From contig CAWJTV010000034.1 in NCBI GenBank assembly GCA_963845755.1, positions 32,001 to 96,000 on the forward strand: DNA of 64,000 bases, written 5' to 3'. Source of the DNA: an uncultured Planctomycetota bacterium. Lineage in GTDB: Bacteria > Planctomycetota > Planctomycetia > Isosphaerales > Isosphaeraceae. A program made the translations under genes and the position numbers. Numbering within the stretch: the first letter of the stretch is position 1; each line of letters opens with the position of its first letter. Of the stretch, positions 13,167-23,836 are shown one piece after another. The notes under the pieces were generated by a model. The model searched no databases. It saw nothing but the letters and a program-made list of their open reading frames with translations, and had not been told where the DNA came from.

Positions 13167-13218
13167 TCTCTTTTCTCCCCGTCTTTTCTCTGCGATCTCT
13201 GCGGTCTCTGCGGTGGAA
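13167..13218 (-). repeat. Right inverted repeat matching 12577..12628
   Basis: Reverse complement reads ttcca-ccgcagaga-ccgcagaga-tcgcagaga-aaagacggggagaaaagaga. Confidence 0.9.
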
Positions 13219-13249
13219 ATTCTTCGGGATGTTCACTGTGGTTCGCGGA

Positions 13250-13891
13250 TCAAAGCGACGACAACCACTGGCGCATCGCGGCGGGGTCTTCGCCGAACAG
13301 GAGCGAGCCCGGTACGATCCAGTCGGCGCCGGCTTCGTTGATCAAGGGGACGGTGTTGCGCCGGATGCCGCCGTCGAGCTGGATATCGACCTGGGCCCCC
13401 TGCTCTGCCATCGCCTTGCGGGCTTCGCGAATCTTCGACGGGATCGAGGCGTCCATCGAAGTTCCTTTGGTGCCCATCGGTGTCCCCACGATCGTGACTT
13501 GATCGATCGAGCGCCAATAGGGTTCGAGGAGCGTGACGGGCTCGGTCACCAGCAGCGAGATGCCCACGAGCTGGCCGAGCGACTTGGCCTGACCGATGGC
13601 CGCGGCGGGATCGCTGAGCGAGTCGAAGCAGAAGATCACGCCATTGGCGCCGGCCTCGGCAAACGGCTCGATCCAGGCTGTGGGATCGGTCGTCATCAGG
13701 TGCACTTCGAACGGCCTCGTCGTGTGCTTTCTCAGGGCTTTGACCAGGTCGGGGAAGAAGAGCAGGCTCGGGACATAATGGCCGTCGGCGACGTCGAGGT
13801 GGAATCGCTCGGTGAACGGCTCGACGCGGTGGATCTCGGCGCCGAGGTTCGACAGATCGGCCGACCAGAGCGAGGCGGAGCATTTCAGCAT
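13250..13891 (-). CDS. rpe: Ribulose-phosphate 3-epimerase family protein
   Basis: SASLWSAD, HLDVADGHYVP, EVHLM, QLDGGI, VPGSLLF. Confidence 0.85.
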   Translation of the reverse strand: MLKCSASLWSADLSNLGAEIHRVEPFTERFHLDVADGHYVPSLLFFPDLVKALRKHTTRPFEVHLMTTDPTAWIEPFAEAGANGVIFCFDSLSDPAAAIGQAKSLGQLVGISLLVTEPVTLLEPYWRSIDQVTIVGTPMGTKGTSMDASIPSKIREARKAMAEQGAQVDIQLDGGIRRNTVPLINEAGADWIVPGSLLFGEDPAAMRQWLSSL

Positions 13892-14709
13892 GGCGTGACC
13901 TTCTCGCGAAAGTGGTGGATCAAGAACGCATCGAGCGCAGACTTCACATCGGCGGCATGGTTTTCGACACTCACCGATTTCGGCGTGATCTCGCGAAGCT
14001 CGGCGCCGGGGATGAGCTGGGCGATGGTCTCCGCGAAGGCCCAGGGATGGATCGGGTCCTGGCGATTGCCCAGGATGAGCGTGGGAGCGTGGATCTTGTG
14101 ATAGTCGTCGCGGGAAGCTACACGGCGTATCGCCGGGCAGTCGCTCCAGCCTCGCGACATAGTCCTCGGCGCGCGGCTGTTCGAACTGACCGACGAGCGA
14201 CCGGGCGCAGTCGGGCGATTCCAGATCTATCGCCTGGTATTCGGGTGTCTTTCGGAAGTGCTCGAGCCCTTTCTTGCGCCCAGGTCGCGGATCAGTCCGG
14301 CGATCGTCGAATAAATACGGACATTCTCCGGAAGCGGCCCATCAATCCACGCTGGCCGCGAGAGGACGAGCCCGAGCACCCGCTCGGGAAACCGCAGCGC
14401 GGTGTTCACGGCCACCGCCGACCCGAGCGAGATGCCGCCGATCACGGCGCGATCGATCCCCAGGTGATCGAGGAACGCGATGAGATCCTCGGCCAGAATG
14501 GCGATACTCAGCCGGTTCGGATCACCTAGCGGATGCGTCTGGCCATGCCCTCGGCTGTCGAAGCCCAGGAGTCGAATCCCCGGCGCCGGGTTGTAGACCG
14601 AAAACGGCTGGCTCACGTCACCGCCGAGTCCGTGCTGAAATACCAGCGGAAGCCCCTGCCCTCGCTCGCAGTAAGGGAAGTCCAGGCCGTCATGATTAAA
14701 TAGTAACAT
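13885..14709 (-). CDS. Alpha/beta hydrolase, frameshifted
   Basis: FQHGLGG, DSRGHG, GISLG nucleophile elbow, PTLILGNRQDPIHP. Confidence 0.8.
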
Positions 14710-14732
14710 AATCTGTTATTTCGTCGATAGGC

Positions 14733-15686
14733 TTACATGATGTCGCGTAGAACGAGAACCATCCGGTCAACTTCCCGCTCTTCCAGCCCGTGAATGATCA
14801 TGCCGCCGGCATATGCCATTCGACTCATGGAATCGAAATAAGTGCGGTAGAAGGCCTCCAGGAGAAAATGTTCCAACAGATCACGGTCATCGACTTCTCC
14901 GTGCTCTCCCGCCTGGCCCGGCGAAAGACGGTGGCGATTGATGAAGAGCTTGAGTAACGTGCCGTGATGCGCCTTGTCCGATTCGATGGCTTTCCGCACC
15001 TGTTCCTCATCAAGTTCCTCTCCGCGGGCAGGGTTCTTGGCGTGTGCGAGGACGATGTCAGGACCAAGCCAATCGAAGGCCTCCTCGAGAATCTCCGCCA
15101 TCCGGTGCAGCTCACCGGGACGGATCAGGTTCGCCGGGTCGATCACCACCTTGAGCCAGGGAGAGTCGACCTCGTCGAGCAGCATGCGGGCCTTGGTCAC
15201 CGAGTTGACCACATTGTTGATCTCGGGCTCGAAGGCCAGTGTGACCTCGTTCCGATCGGCGATGCTCACAGCTTCCTGTATCGAGTGCCGCAAGAGGTCC
15301 CAGGTGCTACGGCAAACGTTGTCGGGATGCCATCGCCACATATCTTCCGGGTCGCGCGTGCCCGTGCAGATCGTGATGATCCGCGTATCCAGCCAACGGC
15401 AAGCCGCAGCGAGGGCCCCAAGACGATGCAGGTTCTCCCGGAGGCGAGTCTCATCGGGATCGCAGAGGTTGAACGTGCCCGAGATCGCGGCCATCGTCAA
15501 GCCGCGCTGGCGGAACTCGCGGGCGATCCAGATGCAACGGTCCTCGTCGAGTCGTTCGGGGAGTGTCGGCAATCCCGCGCACGACGTATTGAACTGCACG
15601 TGAGTCAAGCCACGGTCCGCGATGGCGTCGAGGGTTTCCTCGAGGGTCGCCCGCGGGAAAGTCTTGGCGAAGATCCCCAGATGCAT
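14733..15686 (-). CDS. Sugar phosphate isomerase/epimerase (TIM barrel)
   Basis: MHLGIFAKTF, SGTFN, CTGTRD, FEPEINNVV, DPANL, HAK. Confidence 0.85.
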   Translation of the reverse strand: MHLGIFAKTFPRATLEETLDAIADRGLTHVQFNTSCAGLPTLPERLDEDRCIWIAREFRQRGLTMAAISGTFNLCDPDETRLRENLHRLGALAAACRWLDTRIITICTGTRDPEDMWRWHPDNVCRSTWDLLRHSIQEAVSIADRNEVTLAFEPEINNVVNSVTKARMLLDEVDSPWLKVVIDPANLIRPGELHRMAEILEEAFDWLGPDIVLAHAKNPARGEELDEEQVRKAIESDKAHHGTLLKLFINRHRLSPGQAGEHGEVDDRDLLEHFLLEAFYRTYFDSMSRMAYAGGMIIHGLEEREVDRMVLVLRDIM

Positions 15687-16765
15687 CAGACACCTCCGCT
15701 GACGTCCGCCAGCCGGACAAGCTCCCCGGATTCGACCGAGCGCGGCAACGGCGACCATCGCCTGCATCGCGGCCAGTCCATCGTCGAGGCTCGCCCCGGT
15801 CTGGGGTGCCCCATCCAGGATCGTCGCCGCGAACCCCTCGATTTGCCGCTTGTACGTGTGCGCGCATCCTCGCCGAGCACCCGATGGAACTGCCGGTCCT
15901 TCGTCGAGAAGCATTCGACGTCGCTGGACTTGTGGAACCAGGGCAGATAGACCCGGCCGCTGACGCTGCCGTGCTCGCCGAAGACCTGGAAGCCCTCCTG
16001 GAAGTCGCCGCGGACCGGGATCTGGAGATCCAGGTGTCCCAGCGAACCGTCTTCATAGTCAACCGCGATGAACCAGCAATAGGCGCCGAATCGTTCGAGC
16101 AGCCGGGCGCGGACGCCGACAATCGGTCCGCCCAGGAATCGCGCCGTATCGATCAGATGGCTGCTATGAGTCAGGATGAAATCGCGCCTTCGATCCGCCT
16201 TGGGATCACCCTCGGGCCGGAGCGCCTTCTGGCTTGCCAGCGGGATCGGCTGGAGGTTGTCGGTCATCGCGTAACGATAGATCGAGTCGTAATACCAGGC
16301 CTTGAGCGCGATCCGCTCGCCCATCTCCTCGTGGATGAACTGGCGAGCGAAGGCGATGCCGGGGTCGAAGCGCCGGTTGTTGCCGACCTGGACGACCAGG
16401 CCGGTCTGCGCCGCGCGGTCGCGGAGCTCGCGGCAGGACTCGACCGTTGTACCGAGCGGTTTCTCGACGAGGACGTGCTTGCGCACCTCGAGTGCCTTCA
16501 GGGTCGCGGCCACGTGGAACTGGTCGGCGATGGCGATGATGACGGCGTCAACCTGCGGCTCGGCCAGCATGGCGTCGTAGTCGCGATAGGCCATCTTCGG
16601 CCCATGAACGGCGTCCATCCGATCGCGCAGGTCGTCGGCGAGGTCGCAGATCGCGAACAGCTCGGCGTTGCGCGCCTTGCGGCAGGCGTCGAGGTGGGCG
16701 AACTGCGCGATCGGGCCGCAGCCCAGCACGCCGATCCGTACGCAGCGCGGGTCCTTGACGATCAT
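15686..16765 (-). CDS. Gfo/Idh/MocA family NAD(P)-dependent oxidoreductase, local frameshifts near 15860 and 15745
   Basis: GVLGCGPIAQFAH, HVLVEKP, NRRFDP. Confidence 0.9.
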   Translation of the reverse strand: MIVKDPRCVRIGVLGCGPIAQFAHLDACRKARNAELFAICDLADDLRDRMDAVHGPKMAYRDYDAMLAEPQVDAVIIAIADQFHVAATLKALEVRKHVLVEKPLGTTVESCRELRDRAAQTGLVVQVGNNRRFDPGIAFARQFIHEEMGERIALKAWYYDSIYRYAMTDNLQPIPLASQKALRPEGDPKADRRRDFILTHSSHLIDTARFLGGPIVGVRARLLERFGAYCWFIAVDYEDGSLGHLDLQIPVRGDFQEGFQVFGEHGSVSGRVYLPWFHKSSDVECFSTKDRQFHRVLGEDARTRTSGKSRGSRRRSWMGHPRPGRASTMDWPRCRRWSPLPRSVESGELVRLADVSGGV

Positions 16766-18186
16766 CAATGGTCCCCCGCATAACGCTGCCGGAGGGCCTC
16801 GCGAAGTGCCGTCAGGTTCTTCCGCTCGGCGAGGGCCGCCAGGGCCGCCAGGTGTTCCTTCATCGGGATGTCCTTGAGCTCACCGGATCGATGGACCTCG
16901 ATGGCCTGCATGAGCGACTCCAGGCCGATACGCGGGTCGGTCTTACCATCTCGGCCCTTGATCGAGTTGATCGCCGAGCCGGCCAGGAACAGGATGTTCT
17001 GGGCATTTCCCTTGGATTCGACGTCCTGGAGGTTGAGGATCAGGTTGCCCTGATCGAGCGCCGGCGCGGGTGATCATGGTGGGGTTGATGCCCGCGATCG
17101 GTCGTGTGAGGGCGTCTTCCGAGGCGATCCATTCCGCGCCATAGGGACGGATATAAGGCGCACCGGGCCGTACCGGGGCGGTCTGACGAAAATCGATCCC
17201 GTCGAGCCGAGCGAGCATGTCGATGACCTCGCGCAGATCGCACGGGTCTTGATCCCGATGCCGGCATTGTGCCCGTAGATGGCCGGGGGATTGGCCAGAT
17301 TGCGCGTCGCCTCCCGGACCATGCGCACGGTCCCGCCCGCATAGGTCTCGCTGAACATCACCCCCGAGGCGCCCGCGTCGACGACCGCAAGGACAATGTC
17401 CACGATCTGATGGGGCGCGGCGGTCACATGGGGCGAGTAGACCAATCCCAGCCCGCCGCGTCGATCCTTGACCCGATCGATCGCCGCGACGGCGCGTCGG
17501 GTCCGATCGGCGACCGGCGAGTAATCGAGGTCGGGATAGAGGTCTTCATCCTCCTTGATGAACATGAGGAGCGGGCTCCCGGCCACTTCCTCCACCAGCC
17601 GTCCGACGTCGTCGGGAGTGATCCCAGCCGTCGGTTTGAGGATCGTCCCGAATGCCGGCTGATCAAGGGCAAAGCCCGTCTTCTTGCGGATCCCGACCGG
17701 TCCGTACGCCGGGCCGGGGAACGTCGCGAGCACATCATCCGGGATCTGGAGCGCGATCAGGCGTGCGTCCTGATTCTCGTGCATGTCGAAGATGACGGCA
17801 CCGGCCAGGGTGTGGAGCAGGTCGCACGAGGTCAGGTGGCCGTCGGGGTGCCTCATCATCTTGAGCGGGAATGCGACGTGGAGCAGGCCGATCCGGCCGG
17901 TCGCGTCGAAGGCGTCCACGCCGGCCGCCCGCGCCGAGCATTGCTCGAGCAGCGAACCCCGGGGCGGGTCCTTGATCCCACTCGTCGCGTGATAGCTGAT
18001 TTCTCCGACAGCTTTGGCCAGCGTCTGGGAGCGGAAGGCGAAGTAATACGTCGCCACCACGTGATCGGACACCTTGGGTGGAGGATTCGCTCCTAGGCGA
18101 TCCCCGATCACCTCTCGCAAGAGCTCCTCGCGCACGTCGAAATCATCCCATAGCCGTGCCAGGGTCTCGGTCGTCAACGAACTCAT
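16765..18186 (-). CDS. RuBisCO-like protein (form IV/RLP), frameshifts near 17235 and 17060
   Basis: VVATYY, FPGPAYGPVGIR, GTILKP, FIKEDED, IYGHNAG, LARLDGID; the rejoined C-terminus ends in a TGA overlapping the next ATG. Confidence 0.85.
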
Positions 18187-18371
18187 GATGGCCTTTGCTC
18201 CCGGCCGAGCCCGTGATGTTGGCAGGAAATCTCGGTGAGGGCTCGGTCTCCTGGCTTCTCAGGATACTGCACCGCGCCTCATTTTGCACCGGTGTCACCG
18301 ATCCGTCGCGGGCTCCCCGGCCTTCTTCTCTCATCGATACATCGATTCAGTCGAGCTGCGGTTTTCTCGGA

Positions 18372-18400
18372 TTGACAGGATTTTGACGGGGGGATAGAGT
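18372..18400 (+). promoter_or_regulatory. Putative sigma-70 promoter
   Basis: TTGACA-17 nt-TAGAGT. Confidence 0.4.
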
Positions 18401-18747
18401 TCCCCGCGTGAGACGGTCAGGCGCGACACGGACCGACTTCCGCCGGCCGCTCAATCCGCGTGATGTCGTACAGCTTCAGAAGAATCCAGGTACCCCGGAG
18501 GTCAACTCGCACGGCTCTGGTTTCGGCCCACTCCACTGACAAACACCTCGAACGCCGCCCAATCACCCTCGCGTCGACTCTCCATGTTGTCGCACGATCC
18601 GCGTACGCCCGCGCCGTGGATCGCTCCGAGTGTTGCCGGCTCACTCCTTCGAAAAAGGAGGACGGACCTCGGAGCGAAGACCGCCGCGCACCCGTAGGCT
18701 CATCCAGGACGGCGGATCACGACGCGAACGGCCGAGAGGGCGTTCTC

Positions 18748-19527
18748 ATGCAACGGATGCGCAGCGTCATCGTCAGGGCAGGTCTTGTGTTGCCCCTCTT
18801 CGTGCTCGGCAGCGTCTGGCTCCCCGCGCGTGCCGACCTGATCCGCACCAAGCCGGGCCGGTCCTTCCCGGATATTGCCGGCGATATTGCGGGCAGCCAG
18901 ACCTACAGGTACGACCCGGCCACACAGACCGGTACCTTCTCCCTGGTCAACGCGCCCCACCTCATCTCCCTGGGACCTTCGGACAAGGACCTCGTCCCGA
19001 TGCAGCCGGAGAAGGATGGGACGCTCACCCAGTCGCTCAAGATGAAGCTGGACCGCGAAGGACGACTGATCCAGAGCCCGCTCAACCGGTTCGAGATCCG
19101 CGGCACGGTGGTGATCGGCGATCGGACGTACCAGGGTCTGCTGCTCGAAGGGAAGCCGACGGCCTTCGGCGCCGGTGGCCCGAACGCCTCCACGGCGCGG
19201 AGTTCGGACGTCTTCGACCTGAATATGAACATCACCGGGGGCGAGCTGGCCGGCGCATTCGGAACGGAGGCCTATCTACGCATCACGCCCCAGGCCAATA
19301 GCACGTTCCAGGGCGAGTTCACGACCGACTTCTCGGGAGAGCGGCCCCTCACGAACCTCCGAGCCCTCAACCAGCTTCCGAGGTCGGTCCCTGGGCCGAT
19401 GACCCTGATCGCCATGCTGACCTTCGTGGCCGGGTTGCTGGCCTACCGGATGCGCCGATACCTGATCCGGATCGAGCGCCGTCGGTATCATCCCACGAAT
19501 CGGAAGCCCAGTCTCTGGGTCTCCTAG
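18748..19527 (+). CDS. Secreted protein with PEP-CTERM-like C-terminus (VPGP variant)
   Basis: Signal peptide ending ARA-D; SVPGPMTLIAMLTFVAGLLAYRMRR. Confidence 0.65.
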   Translation: MQRMRSVIVRAGLVLPLFVLGSVWLPARADLIRTKPGRSFPDIAGDIAGSQTYRYDPATQTGTFSLVNAPHLISLGPSDKDLVPMQPEKDGTLTQSLKMKLDREGRLIQSPLNRFEIRGTVVIGDRTYQGLLLEGKPTAFGAGGPNASTARSSDVFDLNMNITGGELAGAFGTEAYLRITPQANSTFQGEFTTDFSGERPLTNLRALNQLPRSVPGPMTLIAMLTFVAGLLAYRMRRYLIRIERRRYHPTNRKPSLWVS

Positions 19528-19546
19528 CCCGGCCGGAAACCGGCTC

Positions 19547-20382
19547 TCAATCCGCCTGCAACGACGCCGACAGTTTCCCGAGCGCCTCGTTCTCGATCTG
19601 GCGGACGCGCTCGCGGGTCAGGCCGAGCGATTCGCCGATCTCCTTGAGCGTCTTGGGTGGGCAATCGTTGAGCCCGAACCGCATCCGCAATACGGTCGCC
19701 TCGCGCTTGTCCATCTCGTCGAGCCGGTCGAGGACCAGCTTGAGGTTGTCGGCCTCGACCATCGCGACGTCCGGCGTGCGGGTCCGCTCGTCCATCAGCA
19801 TTTCGCCCAGGCTCCAGCCGTTCTCCGGCTGATCGGTCTGAGGGACGAGGTTATACACTTTGATGGCTTTCTTGACGATCGCCAGCTTCTTCTTCGGGAG
19901 TTTTAGGGCCTTGGCGATCTCCTCGATGCTCGCCGGACGACCCAGATCTTCCTGGAGGTCGGCGGCCATCCGCCGCCACTTGAACAGCAGCTCGACCATG
20001 TAGGCGGGGATGCGGATCGGCTTGGCCGTGTTGACCAGGGCCCGCTTGATCGATTGCTTGATCCAGTAGCTCGCGTAGGTGCTGAACCGCGTCCCGACGG
20101 CCGGGTCGAAGCCCTGAACCGCGCGGAGCAGGCCGAGGTTCCCTTCTTCGATCAAGTCCTGGAGCGAGAGTCCCTTTCCGATGTAGCCCCGAGCAATATT
20201 CACGACCAGCCGGAGGTTCGCGCGCACCATCCGGTCGCGCGCCAGCTTGTCGCCCGCGCAATCCGATGGGCCAGTTCCTTCTCCTCGTCGGCGGTGAGCA
20301 GAGCCATCTCGTTGATCTCCCGGAGATACGTCTCCAGGGGGCTCTGAACCGTATCACGGCGATGTCGGCGAATACGGGCCAT
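19547..20382 (-). CDS. RNA polymerase sigma-70 factor (RpoD/RpoS-like), frameshift near 20255
   Basis: LETYLREI, ANLRLVVNIA, DLIEEGNLGL, RFSTYASYWIKQ, LTRERVRQIE. Confidence 0.92.
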
Positions 20383-20425
20383 GAAGATCCTCTTTGAGTC
20401 GATCGCAACTGGGTCCGCTCATCTG

Positions 20426-20706
20426 GGTCACTGGTCATTGGTCATTGGTCATCGGTGGCAAGTTTCCGAGCCGAGTTCACCGGCGGTACCGCCTACGTCG
20501 TACCACGCCACAGATGGAGGATGCGGGATTCCTGGAAGGACACGGTGCCGTCCCGGCCTCTTGTCGAGGCCGGCTCGGACGCCTCTGCGCCTCTCAGATT
20601 CGATCGCCCATTTCCACGGTCATGTACGGGGAGTGCTTGGGTTGACGAGACAGGCTTCCTTGCTCGCGACAGCGCACCAATGACCAATGACGAATGACCA
20701 ATGACC
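20426..20706. repeat. Inverted pair of heptamer arrays (GGTCATT)4-GGTG ... CACC-(AATGACC)4
   Basis: 20426..20457 and 20675..20706 are reverse complements at 29/32 positions. Confidence 0.88.
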
Positions 20707-21011
20707 ACGCTGACGGTTCGATACCACGATTTATCGGACCGCAAGCCTGAGAACTTAAGCCTGTCCTGTAAATCTAGGGTGTATTGGGGATTTGAGAAGC
20801 ATGGTGAATTTGGAGGTTCTGCGGATTGTATGGGAGAGACCGATCGAGCGAGATAGGCCGAGGCGTGGCGACGGATTGTGGAAGGCAAAGTCCAAAACAA
20901 AAAGCCGTCGTTACTCGACACTTCGGTCGAGACGACGGCTTGGTTGGGGTTGATGTCAACGACGATTCTATGCGGTGGGGAAGGCCCACGGGAAACGGAA
21001 CACGTCGGGGA

Positions 21012-22825
21012 TCAGGATGGCGTTTCTTCCTCGCTGGACTCGGCGGCTGCGGGCGTCGAGCCGCCCATGCTGAAGAGGGGACCGCCACCGCCGAGCCCGC
21101 CCTTGAGCTCCTTGGACTCCTTTTCCTTGTCCTTGGAGGGTTCGGCGACTTCGCCGGTTGGGGCGGCGGATTCTTCCTTCTCGGCCTCGGGCCGGGTCCA
21201 CTGGGCTTTCTTGCGCGAGAGTCCGATCTTCCGCTCGCCCCGGTCGACGCGGAGGATCTTCACCTCGATCTCGTCGCCGACCTTGACGACCTCCTCGGGG
21301 CTGTCCACCTTGTGGTCGGCCAGTTCGGAGATATGGAGCAGGCCCTCCAGGCCCGGCTCGAGCTCGACGAAGACGCCGAAGTTGGTGAGCTTGGTGACCT
21401 TCCCTTTGACCACATCGCCCGGCTCGTATCGGCTGGGGATGTCGGTCTCCCAGGGGTCGTCCCGGAGCTGCTTCAGCCCCAGCGCGATCCGCTTGCGATC
21501 CTGGTCGACATTGAGCACCTGGCAACTGATGCGCTGGCCTTTCTCCAGGATCTCGTTGGGATGGCCGATCTTCCGGGTCCAGCTCATGTCGGAGATGTGG
21601 AGGAGGCCGTCGATCCCCTCCTCGATCTCGATGAACGCCCCGTAGTTGGTGAGGTTGCGGACGGTGCCTTCGACCATGGTGCCCGGCGGGTACTTGCCGG
21701 CGACCTGGTCCCACGGGTTGACCTGGGTCTGCTTCATCCCCAGGGAGATCTCTTGCTTCTCCTTGTTGATGCCCAGGACGACGACCTCGATCTTGTCGCC
21801 GATATTGACCAGCTCGCTGGGGTGGTTGATCCGCTTGGTCCAGCTCATCTCGGAGATGTGGACCAGGCCCTCGATGCCCTCCTCCAGCTTGACGAAGGCG
21901 CCGTAGCTCATGACGTTGACGACCTCGCCGATGACGCGAGTGCCCACGGGATACTTCCGCTCGACGTTCTCCCACGGGCTGGGCGACTTCTGTTTCAGGC
22001 CCAGCGCGATCTTCTCGCGCTCCTTGTCGACGTGGAGGACCATCACCTCGACCTGGTCGTCGATCTTGAGCATGTCGCTGGGGTGGTTGATCCGGCCCCA
22101 GCTCATATCGGTGATATGGAGCAGGCCGTCGATGCCGCCGAGGTCCACGAACGCGCCGAAGTCGGCGATGTTCTTGACGGTCCCCTTGCGTACCTGGCCG
22201 ACGGCGATCTCCTCGAGGAGCTGCTTCTTCTGCTGCTCGCGGGTGATCTCGATCAGCTTGCGGCGGCTGACGACGATGTTCCGCCGGCTCTCATCGATCT
22301 TCAAGATCATGCACTCGATCTCTTGATCGATGTAATCCGCGATGTCGGAAGGGCGCCGGATGTCGACCTGGCTGGCGGGGAGGAAGACGTTGACCCCGAT
22401 GTCCACGAGCAGGCCGCCCTTGATCTTGCGGGTGACGCGTCCCTTGACGACGTCGCCCTCATGGTAGCGGGAGATGACCATCTCCCAGGCGCGCATCCGG
22501 TGCGCTTTCTTGCGCGAGAGGACGATCTCGCCGGTCTCGTCCTCCATCCCCTCCAGGAGGACCTCGACGCTATCCCCGTGCGGGGAGGCGGCTCGTCCTC
22601 CCATTCATTGAGGGGCACGAGCCCCTCGGATTTGTAGCCGACGTCCACGACCACCTGGTCGCCGACGACCTCCACGACCTTGCCCGAGACGATCCGGCCG
22701 ATCTCGAAACTCTGGCCCTCCCCGAGGAAATGGTCGAGAGTGTTGACGCCGTCCTCGCCCATCCCGAGGGCGGTGAGCTCATCGTCGCTGACATCAAATT
22801 CACGAAGAAGATTACGATCTACCAT
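21012..22825 (-). CDS. rpsA: 30S ribosomal protein S1, frameshift near 22575
   Basis: VDVGYKSEG plus repeated S1 domains FGAFVDLGGIDGLLHITDMSW. Confidence 0.97.
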
Positions 22826-23031
22826 GTTGGAGTTCGCTTGCTTGAAAACCGCCCCCGCGACCACGGGAGACGGACCATCGCCTTAGCCGCGGAAGAAGAG
22901 ACAACCTCAACCCGATGCGATCCCTCGATCGAGTGGAGAGGGGACCCTCGTCCGACGCGTCTTCAGCGCATACGAGTTGGTCAATAAAGAAGCCACCCCT
23001 CCACGCAAGGGGCGGACTAATCCAAACTCTC

Positions 23032-23060
23032 ATTATAAACGCGTCAACGGCGAAGAACAA
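23032..23060 (-). promoter_or_regulatory. Putative rpsA promoter
   Basis: TTGTTC-17 nt-TATAAT on the minus strand. Confidence 0.5.
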
Positions 23061-23283
23061 CAGCGGATCCCGCATGGAATAGGGCCGATAACGCGCCGGC
23101 CTTCGGTGTGAGCCATCCGGAGCGTCGCCCCGCGCCAAGGGGCGTGTCCGCGTGTCCCCGTCGGCTCGCATCCGGTATTGACCGTGTCGCCGAGCCGGGA
23201 TAGCCTTCGCCGGCCATACGACCGCTTTGCGACCGGCTCGACGGGATCGCACCATCTCCGGAAATTCGGGAGGGAAGCCCACG

Positions 23284-23836
23284 ATGAGAATCGAGCGCGT
23301 GGCTCTGGTGGCTGCGGTCGCCGGCTTACTCTCGCAAGGTGGTTGTGCGACGATGGGGCCGATGGGCGGCGCGCACGCGCCGCCCGCGGACGCGGAGGGC
23401 GCCAGCGGGAGCCGATACGGCTACTCCACCAGCCGGGGGATTCAAGACTTCGCGGCGCCTCCGTCGGCGGTCAAGTCGGCGGTCAACGAGGCGATGGACG
23501 ACCTCAACTTGACGGTCACTCACCGTCGCCATGACGGTTCCGTTTCTCAGATCGATGGCCGGACATCCGATGACCGGACGGTCGTGGTTACCGTCCGTCC
23601 CCGGCAGGGGAAGATGCAAGTCAGTTGCCGGATCGGTTGGTTCGGCGATGATCCGCTTTCCCGGACCTTCCTCGAGCGAGTCGGCGTCCGCCTGGGAACC
23701 GCCCCCCCCGCGGCCATCCCCCAGGACCTGCCCAGCGCCGGCCTCGAACCCGATCTTCTCCCGCGACGCCATCCCCGACTCCGTCATGCTACGCGACTTC
23801 GCCGACGCTCCCTCTCGGGGTCGGCCGGACTTTTGA
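23284..23836 (+). CDS. Lipoprotein, DUF3568-like, frameshift near 23738
   Basis: Lipobox-like LSQGGC; CRIGWFGDDPLSRTFLERV. Confidence 0.65.

Noticed and set aside
16765..18186. True CO2-fixing RuBisCO / Calvin cycle
   Set aside because: Several residues needed for carboxylation appear substituted; no small subunit or phosphoribulokinase is present.
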